From Candidatus Gottesmanbacteria bacterium (lineage in GTDB: Bacteria > Patescibacteriota > Microgenomatia > UBA10105 > UBA927), in assembly GCA_963790805.1 (NCBI GenBank), contig CAWBPL010000002.1:770696-823813 (forward strand): DNA of 53,118 bases, read 5' to 3'. Positions 46,926-53,118 of this stretch are shown here, piece by piece. The notes below the pieces were generated by a model. That model was given only the letters and a program-made list of their open reading frames with translations. It was not told the DNA's origin and made no database searches. The translations under genes were made by a program, and so were the position numbers. The first letter of the stretch is position 1; each line of letters opens with the position of its first letter.

Positions 46926-47648
46926 ATGGCACTTGAAGCACCTGAAATGCCCAATGTATCGAATAAAAAAGTTCAATATATTATTGGTGCCGCGTTTGTA
47001 GTTCTCGCAATTATTCCTTCAATATATTTTTATAGTCAGTATCAGCAGGCGCAGGCCCGCTTAAATAACCCGACATTGTTTGCGGCTCAGGAGGCGAAAA
47101 AATATATCGATGAAGTGGGTAAACTTATGGTGCTGCCTTCTGATGAAACACCGACTGTGGCAACGGTAAACGATAAGGACAAACTCAAAAATCAGCCGTT
47201 TTTTGCCAACGCCGAAAATGGCGATAAAGTGCTCATCTACACGAGTGCCAAAAAAGCCATTCTCTTCCGGCCGTCGATAGACAAAATTATCGAAGTGGCG
47301 CCTATCAATATCGGATCGACCGCGACCGCTTCTGCGACACAGGCTTCTGCAAGCCCGACACCGGCACAGATTACTTTTGTCCTTCGAAACGGAACAAGCA
47401 CGATCGGTTTGACGAGAAAATACGAGGTAGAACTTAAGTCGAAAGTGCAGGGAGCTACCGTTGTCGATGCGGATAATGCGAAAAATAAGGATTACACCAA
47501 ATCGTTTCTTGTTGATGTAACAGGTACCAAGGCGGATCAGGCTTCACAAATCGCTCAAGAACTTGGCCTTACGGTAAGTCCGCTTCCCTCAGGAGAATCC
47601 ACGCCATCGGCCGATTTCCTCATCATTCTAGGTGCGGATAAGAAATAA
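46926..47648 (+). CDS. Single-TM protein with LytR C-terminal domain
   Basis: One TM, VGKLMVLPSDETPTVATV...NGDKVLIY domain, then VLRNGTSTIGL...DFLIILG. Confidence 0.8.
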   Translation: MALEAPEMPNVSNKKVQYIIGAAFVVLAIIPSIYFYSQYQQAQARLNNPTLFAAQEAKKYIDEVGKLMVLPSDETPTVATVNDKDKLKNQPFFANAENGDKVLIYTSAKKAILFRPSIDKIIEVAPINIGSTATASATQASASPTPAQITFVLRNGTSTIGLTRKYEVELKSKVQGATVVDADNAKNKDYTKSFLVDVTGTKADQASQIAQELGLTVSPLPSGESTPSADFLIILGADKK

Positions 47649-47651
47649 CGA

Positions 47652-48680
47652 TTAGACAAATATGATTCTTCCTGAGCCCTCTGTTTGGAATAGTGCCCGA
47701 TAGCGCTCATCAGCCATTCTAAACATTTCATCCAGCTCATTGCGCGGACGATTCAAGAGCGGTTGAATACCTCTATATACCGGTTGAATGAATGCTAACA
47801 AACCACGTATCGGATGCTCTGGCGCTCCGGCAAAATAGGATTTCATCGAGTCTATAAGTTTTCCTTCTATTATCATCTCTTTCGTGTTCCCCAATGTTCC
47901 GGAAGAAGTTAATCGTACAGGAATGCGCGTATCAATAACGGTATGCCTGATATCATCGTCAACACAGTCTAGGGCTCCGGCAACATCAAGTACGTGATTG
48001 CCCTCCCTATCAATAAGATCATTTGCCGTTTTTTCATTGAACCATTTGAAGGTATAGGAAAGCTTGATGTCAGATATCAACCGGATTGCTCGTCTGCATT
48101 TCGTCGGAATCACCGTAACGACAGAGTTCCATTGGGTGACCCGTTCGCCTGACAACGCCATCATGAGAGAAAACGCATCAGTCAGGCTTTTTGGCTTTTC
48201 GATGATTTTGTCTCTGTGGTGTAACGTTGTATCGGCTGCAATGGTCGTCATTGTTGTAATACCATCACCCATTTTCCCTTCAGCAACACGCCACCCGTAG
48301 TCTTCTTGGCTGTCACCGTCCGCCAACCTGCCGATTCCAAGTTTTATGTCTGCTTCATCTTCCATAGGGTATTCTGGGTGAGGCGAGAGTCTGGCTTCAT
48401 TAATCAGGTTAACAATAATATCTCGCCTTCGTCGGGCACTCGTAACAACTTTGATGTCCATAACGGTATTTTTTCTGCGTGGTCCCTTTTGGTCACGCGA
48501 TTCAATTCTGGCTAATTCGCCGTGATTATAAATAAAATCACATTTCCAGAGATCAGCTTCATATTGAAGTTTTTTAAGCATCGCGTCTGGGTTGTGAATT
48601 TGGAAAAGGTCGTTGAGCGCGCTATCCGCATCTCCCGTTATGAGGATCGGTTTTTCGCGTTCCAATTCGTTCGTGATCAT
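47652..48680 (-). CDS. Divergent Maf-like nucleoside-triphosphate pyrophosphatase with N-terminal extension
   Basis: TSARRRRDII (compare SxSPRRxxLL), AEGK, IAADT...IIEKP...LSG and VAGA motifs. Confidence 0.6.
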   Translation of the reverse strand: MITNELEREKPILITGDADSALNDLFQIHNPDAMLKKLQYEADLWKCDFIYNHGELARIESRDQKGPRRKNTVMDIKVVTSARRRRDIIVNLINEARLSPHPEYPMEDEADIKLGIGRLADGDSQEDYGWRVAEGKMGDGITTMTTIAADTTLHHRDKIIEKPKSLTDAFSLMMALSGERVTQWNSVVTVIPTKCRRAIRLISDIKLSYTFKWFNEKTANDLIDREGNHVLDVAGALDCVDDDIRHTVIDTRIPVRLTSSGTLGNTKEMIIEGKLIDSMKSYFAGAPEHPIRGLLAFIQPVYRGIQPLLNRPRNELDEMFRMADERYRALFQTEGSGRIIFV

Positions 48681-48754
48681 AGCAAAAGGCCATTATACTG
48701 CACTGGTGCGAAATTCTCTTGTTCAACAGCTCTCACCGTGATAGAGTGTATCTT

Positions 48755-50281
48755 ATGTCACAAACTTCACCACTGGTCATGGTAATCTTCGGCGCAACCG
48801 GCGACCTTATGCACCGGAAGCTCATGCCGGCGCTCTATCATCTTATCCGCGACGGGGCGGTATCGAAGGATATATATATAGTAGGTGTAGGACGGCGGGA
48901 AATTACGACCGACCAGTTCCGCGAGCTTATGGCCCGCTCGATTCACGAGATGCTGGACGGCGAATTTGACCTTACGCTTTGGAAGCACATTATCGAGCGC
49001 ATGCACTATAGTCAGGGAAAATTTGAAGATGCGGCGCTTTACAACAATTTGACAAAGCTCCTTGAAGAGTTTGATGAAGAAATTCACGCGTGCGTCCCAA
49101 GATTTTTTTACCTTGCGACGCCGCCTGCTCATTACGAAACAATTCTCACGCATTTGCAAAAAAGCAAACTGTCTGAAGGGTGCCTGCCCGCCAGCGCGTA
49201 CGCGCAGGCGTTGCGGGCGGGCGGGCAGGGGTTTGCGCAATACACCCGTCTTCTTATCGAAAAGCCGTTCGGGAAAGATCTGACGACCGCGCGAAGTCTC
49301 GATGTATTATTAGGGAAAATTTTTGAAGAGCGCCAGATTTACCGGATAGACCATTATTTAGGGAAAGAAACGGTGCAAAACCTTTTGAGTTTCCGCTTTG
49401 CCAACGGAATATTCGAGCCGACGTGGAATAAAGAGTTTATCGATCACATCCAGTTTACCCTCGCCGAAGACGTGGGGGTTGGTACACGCGGTGAGTTTTA
49501 TGACGGCGTCGGAACTCTTCGCGATGTCGTGCAAAATCACATGCTGGAAATGCTCTCCGTTACCGCCATGGGTCAGCCGCGCGCGTTTGATGCCCAGTCG
49601 ATCCGGGACCAGCGGGTAAAAGTGGCAGAGGCGATTAATTGTATTGAGCCCGCCGACGTCGGCAAGATGGTCGTTCGCGGGCAGTATGAAGGCTATACCA
49701 AAGAGCGCAATGTGGATGTGCATTCGACAACGGAAACATTCGTGGCACTGAAACTTACCCTGAATACGCCGCGCTGGCGGGGCGTGCCGTTTTATCTGCG
49801 GGCCGGTAAAATGCTCGGTAAAAAAACGACGGAAATTTCCATCCATTATAAAAAGCCGATTGTCTGTACCGGAGACGTGTGCCTGTTTCCCGAGCCGGAC
49901 GTCATGCGAAATGTTTTGGCGATTAGGATTGATCCCCATGAAGGGATTGCGCTTAGGCTTATGGCTAAAAAACCCGGGTTTGGGATGAAGCTGGCGCCGG
50001 TTACGATGAATTTTACCTACAAAGAGTCGTTTGCAGATGAAGACCAGCCTATGGCCTATGAACGCTTGCTTCTGGATGCCATTCGCGGTGATCAGACGCT
50101 CTTTTCCCGTACGGATGAAATTGAAGCATCATGGTCGTTTGTCACGAAAATTCTTGAGGGATGGAGGGATCATGCGAAAAAAACGCCTCTTCATATTTAT
50201 ACAAAAGGTACGTGGGGACCGATAGAATCAGATGGATTCATGAAAAAGGACGGCAGGCATTGGTATTTGGAAGAAGATTAA
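48755..50281 (+). CDS. zwf: Glucose-6-phosphate 1-dehydrogenase
   Basis: IFGATGDL, YLATPP, IEKPFG, YRIDHYLGKETVQN, RDVVQNH and WRGVPFYLRAGK motifs. Confidence 0.97.
   Translation: MSQTSPLVMVIFGATGDLMHRKLMPALYHLIRDGAVSKDIYIVGVGRREITTDQFRELMARSIHEMLDGEFDLTLWKHIIERMHYSQGKFEDAALYNNLTKLLEEFDEEIHACVPRFFYLATPPAHYETILTHLQKSKLSEGCLPASAYAQALRAGGQGFAQYTRLLIEKPFGKDLTTARSLDVLLGKIFEERQIYRIDHYLGKETVQNLLSFRFANGIFEPTWNKEFIDHIQFTLAEDVGVGTRGEFYDGVGTLRDVVQNHMLEMLSVTAMGQPRAFDAQSIRDQRVKVAEAINCIEPADVGKMVVRGQYEGYTKERNVDVHSTTETFVALKLTLNTPRWRGVPFYLRAGKMLGKKTTEISIHYKKPIVCTGDVCLFPEPDVMRNVLAIRIDPHEGIALRLMAKKPGFGMKLAPVTMNFTYKESFADEDQPMAYERLLLDAIRGDQTLFSRTDEIEASWSFVTKILEGWRDHAKKTPLHIYTKGTWGPIESDGFMKKDGRHWYLEED
49183..49229. 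repeat. In-frame palindromic element inside zwf
   Basis: CCTGCCCGCC 49183-49192 / GGCGGGCAGG 49220-49229, enclosing the perfect palindrome GCGCGTACGCGC (49194-49205). Confidence 0.8.
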
Positions 50282-50320
50282 GGTACAATAAAAAAACTAT
50301 TTTCGGAAAAAGGAGATTCT

Positions 50321-50635
50321 ATGGCAACATTTCATGACGATAAGCTTTGGCAGGAAGCATATACGGCTATTTTGGACCTCTGTGATGCCGCAGGAGACGA
50401 TGATATACTCGCACGCGCAAAGAGGATGGGCCTCAAAGCGCTCGCGACGATTGCCGACGGTGTTTCACGCCGTGACCGACGGGAGAGGGATATGAAACTT
50501 CGCGATGCAATGGGCCAAGTGGCTGGAGTGCGAAGTCTCCTTTCCGTTGCGTGGGCGCAGGAAGCGCTTGATGATGATACGTTTGCCAAACTCGATGGCG
50601 CGTATGAGACATTGTTTAATAAGCTTCCACGATAA
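50321..50635 (+). CDS. Four-helix-bundle protein (23S rRNA IVP/bAvd-like), divergent
   Basis: FHDDKLWQEA N-terminus, IADGVSR and AMGQVAGVRSLL patterns; 104 aa, helical. Confidence 0.7.
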   Translation: MATFHDDKLWQEAYTAILDLCDAAGDDDILARAKRMGLKALATIADGVSRRDRRERDMKLRDAMGQVAGVRSLLSVAWAQEALDDDTFAKLDGAYETLFNKLPR

Positions 50636-50792
50636 ATTTGGGCTGAAATCCCGCGTAATCGCCGGATGAGGCCTTGTTTAATACGTTGCCCCGATAATTC
50701 GCTCTAGCTATATTTCCAAGAATACAGTATGATAGGGTACATATCGTTTCTTTCCGTGTTTACGCGGAGAGTTTTTATAGGAGGGTGAGTCT

Positions 50793-51173
50793 ATGGCAGC
50801 TAAGTTATTTGTAGGAAGCTTATCATGGGATACGACCGATGCGTCGCTTCATGATTTTTTTGCGACTGTCGGAACGGTAGTTTCCGCAACAGTCATTAAA
50901 GATAAATACACGGGTAGATCACGTGGATTTGGATTTGTCGAAATGTCATCTGATCAGGAAGCTGCAGATGCCATAACCAAATTAAACGGTCAGACACTCG
51001 ATGGAAGACCAATTGTAGTGAATGAAGCCAAACCGATGGCACCCCGAGATAACTCTTTCGGTGGTGGCGGCGGCGGATTCCGAGGCGGCGGTCGCGGTGA
51101 CCGGCGTGGAGGATTCGGCGGCGGACATGGCGGTCACGATCGGGATCGTGGAGACCGTGGAGATCGCTATTAA
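50793..51173 (+). CDS. RRM RNA-binding protein with Gly/Arg-rich tail
   Basis: KLFVGSL (RNP2), RSRGFGFVEM (RNP1), an RGG tail and an upstream GGAGG Shine-Dalgarno. Confidence 0.95.
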   Translation: MAAKLFVGSLSWDTTDASLHDFFATVGTVVSATVIKDKYTGRSRGFGFVEMSSDQEAADAITKLNGQTLDGRPIVVNEAKPMAPRDNSFGGGGGGFRGGGRGDRRGGFGGGHGGHDRDRGDRGDRY

Positions 51174-51193
51174 ACTTTGCAAAAAAGTATATA

Positions 51194-51225
51194 AAAAAAG
51201 CTCTGCAGCAATGCGGAGCTTTTTT
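51194..51225 (+). terminator. Rho-independent terminator
   Basis: aaaaaagctctgca-gcaa-tgcggagctttttt: stem-loop with flanking A and T tracts. Confidence 0.8.
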
Positions 51226-51276
51226 ATGGGATAACAGGCCCTTGATTGTTCCAGTGAATTTCTCTACGATAAATAA

Positions 51277-52212
51277 ATGAACCATCAGATTGGATTTGTG
51301 GGTCTTGGTCGCATGGGGAGTAATATGGTGCTTCATGCGCTTGAGGCCGGCATAAACGTCGTAGCATATAATCGCACGCGAGGAAAACTGGATGATTTGA
51401 TTACTGAAGTAGGCTCACTTTCAAAAAATACATCTTTAGGAACTCTCACTCCTGCATATGATATTGAATCTCTCGTTTCTACTTTGAAGCCTCCCCGCAT
51501 TATCTGGCTTATGATTCCGAACGGCCAGCCGATTGATGATATTCTCAAACAGCTGATATCGTTTGGTATTGAAATCGGTGATATTGTTATAGATGGAGGC
51601 AATACTTACTACAAAGATACTGTTAAGCGCTACTCTGATCTCCTTTCGAAAAAAATTCATTACATCGACTGCGGCACAAGCGGCGGACTTACGGGAGCCA
51701 GAAACGGCGCGTGTCTGATGATTGGCGGGGAGGAATCAGTGGTAAAAAGCCTTGAATGGCTCTGGAACGCATTTGCCGTTCCCGACGGATGGGCTCATTT
51801 CGGGCCCTCCGGCGCCGGACATTTTGTGAAAATGGTTCATAACGGCATTGAGTATGGCATGAACGAGGCAATCGGCGAGGGGTTTGAAATTTTATCCAAA
51901 GGTCCGTATTTGCTGAATTTTGCCAAGATCGCGCATACGTGGACTCATGGAAGCGTCGTCCGAAGCTGGCTTGTGGAATTGTTAGCCAAAGCGTTTGATA
52001 ACGATCCGAAACTTGATGCATTTACCGGCCGCGTGGGCGGAGGAGAAACAGGGAAATGGACGACGTCTGCGGCACAGGAATTCGGCGTCGATGCCGTGGT
52101 AATAGAAGACTCGATAAAAGCGCGTGAACACTCTATGGATCACCCGACGTTTAAAGGCAAGGTCGTCAGCGCCTTACGCGCCGGATACGGTGGTCATAAA
52201 GAACCAAAATAG
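51277..52212 (+). CDS. gnd: 6-phosphogluconate dehydrogenase (decarboxylating, short form)
   Basis: IGFVGLGRMG, IDGGN, DCGTSGG, GHFVKMVHNGIEYG and GYGGH motifs. Confidence 0.95.
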   Translation: MNHQIGFVGLGRMGSNMVLHALEAGINVVAYNRTRGKLDDLITEVGSLSKNTSLGTLTPAYDIESLVSTLKPPRIIWLMIPNGQPIDDILKQLISFGIEIGDIVIDGGNTYYKDTVKRYSDLLSKKIHYIDCGTSGGLTGARNGACLMIGGEESVVKSLEWLWNAFAVPDGWAHFGPSGAGHFVKMVHNGIEYGMNEAIGEGFEILSKGPYLLNFAKIAHTWTHGSVVRSWLVELLAKAFDNDPKLDAFTGRVGGGETGKWTTSAAQEFGVDAVVIEDSIKAREHSMDHPTFKGKVVSALRAGYGGHKEPK

Positions 52213-52236
52213 ATCGACAAATGTTGACATATTTAT

Positions 52237-52968
52237 ATGGTAAACGTACATACATATTCTGATACAGCTACTGCCCAGAGGATGGCCGCGGAGGCCGTGC
52301 AGCAAACGTTATCCGAATTTAATTCGGTTCCAATCCTGTTTATGGTATCCGGCGGATCGGCGCTTCATGTATTAAATGCGCTTCCGGGTGAACTTTTTGG
52401 CTCGCGGTTTACTCTTTCCGTCGTTGATGAGCGTTTTACCACAGATCCAGCAATTAATAATTACCTGCAACTTACCAATACCGATTTTTACCATAAGGCT
52501 GTTGCTCAGGGCGTATCGGTTATTGAAACGGTTCCGCAGGAGAAAGAAGCGATTGAAGAATTGGCAAAACGGTTTGAAGGGGAACTTAAAGCGTGGCGCA
52601 TGAGTCATCCCGATGGCGTCATTGTCACCCTTATCGGTATCGGAAAAGACGGGCATACGGCAGGTATGATGGGCTATCCTGATGATGTGCGGACATTTCA
52701 ATTTATGTTTGAAGATGCGGATGTTTGGGTAGCGGGATACGATGCAAAATGGAGAAACATGTACCCCTTACGGGTTACCGTGACTATGCCGTTTTTGCGG
52801 AAAGCAAATGCAACGATTGTGTATGCAGTAGGCGGTGAAAAAAAGAAAGCCATAAATTTGATTTTGGCGCCGTCAGGTGAATTGTACCGGACTCCCGGAC
52901 GCATCATTAATGAGCTGCAACATTGCCACTTGTACACCGATCAGTCAGTTGATACAGTTGGGGTATAG
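52237..52968 (+). CDS. pgl: 6-phosphogluconolactonase (glucosamine/galactosamine-6-P isomerase family)
   Basis: SGGSA, VDERF, GIGKDGHTAG, RVTVT and GGEK motifs, plus context after gnd. Confidence 0.75.
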   Translation: MVNVHTYSDTATAQRMAAEAVQQTLSEFNSVPILFMVSGGSALHVLNALPGELFGSRFTLSVVDERFTTDPAINNYLQLTNTDFYHKAVAQGVSVIETVPQEKEAIEELAKRFEGELKAWRMSHPDGVIVTLIGIGKDGHTAGMMGYPDDVRTFQFMFEDADVWVAGYDAKWRNMYPLRVTVTMPFLRKANATIVYAVGGEKKKAINLILAPSGELYRTPGRIINELQHCHLYTDQSVDTVGV

Positions 52969-52976
52969 TGAAAGGA

Positions 52977-53070
52977 TGTCATTGCGAGACCGTTCTGACG
53001 GCGAAGCAATCTTAATTTCATAGGGATTGCCGCGTCGTCCGACGAAACGTCGAGATTCCTCACAATGACA
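52977..53070. repeat. GTCATTGCGAG-type palindromic (REP/RPE-like) element
   Basis: tgtcattgcgag 52977-52988 / ctcacaatgaca 53059-53070, with inner gcaatc/gattgc and gacg/cgtc hairpins. Confidence 0.7.
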
Positions 53071-53078
53071 ATAAAAAT

Positions 53079-53118
53079 ATGACAATCTACATAGGTGCGG
53101 ATCACAGGGGGTTTCATC
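53079..53118 (+). CDS. rpiB: RpiB/LacA/LacB ribose-5-phosphate isomerase, N-terminal fragment (runs off window)
   Basis: Translates MTIYIGADHRGFI, matching the 'IxIGxDHxG' RpiB start; pentose phosphate context. Confidence 0.75.
   Translation, partial: MTIYIGADHRGFH

Noticed and set aside
50321-50635. Diversity-generating retroelement suggested by the Avd-like four-helix bundle
   Set aside because: No reverse transcriptase and no template/variable repeat pair differing at adenines was seen.

Overview
Gene-dense bacterial window, about 47% GC by eye, standard code. Its gene repertoire (TrmB-like regulator, orphan PaaX/Cas2-like protein, LytR_C proteins, 'GRELKM' sensor fragments, palindromic insertions) suggests a Patescibacteria/CPR genome, probably Microgenomates-like. 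That assignment is inference; no rRNA or marker gene is present. Four blocks: (1) 0-12 kb: proteases, glycosyltransferases, glgA, a catalytically degenerate Fic-wHTH protein and a membrane-tethered excisionase-type HTH-dCache receptor. (2) 12-33 kb: a ~2,625-aa Gly-X-Thr collagen-like surface protein followed by GT-C glycosyltransferases, an acyltransferase and methyltransferases. (3) 33-47.6 kb: a Cys-less redoxin fusion, three transmitter-less sensors, one 7TM histidine kinase, two stand-alone receivers, LytR_C proteins and an SxtJ/carbamoyltransferase/DUF5989 trio. (4) 47.6-53 kb: a Maf-like protein and the oxidative pentose phosphate genes (zwf, gnd, pgl, start of rpiB). The strongest unexplained signals are: 10-bp-phased TTGTA(C/A) arrays upstream of both the HTH-Cache receptor and the collagen gene; two copies of a ~210-250 bp structured intergenic element with compensatory base changes; kinase-less sensors sharing a C-terminal coiled-coil motif; and an in-frame palindromic insertion in zwf. 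No tRNA, rRNA, CRISPR array, integrase or transposase was recognised. All family assignments come from motif recognition by eye, not database searches.
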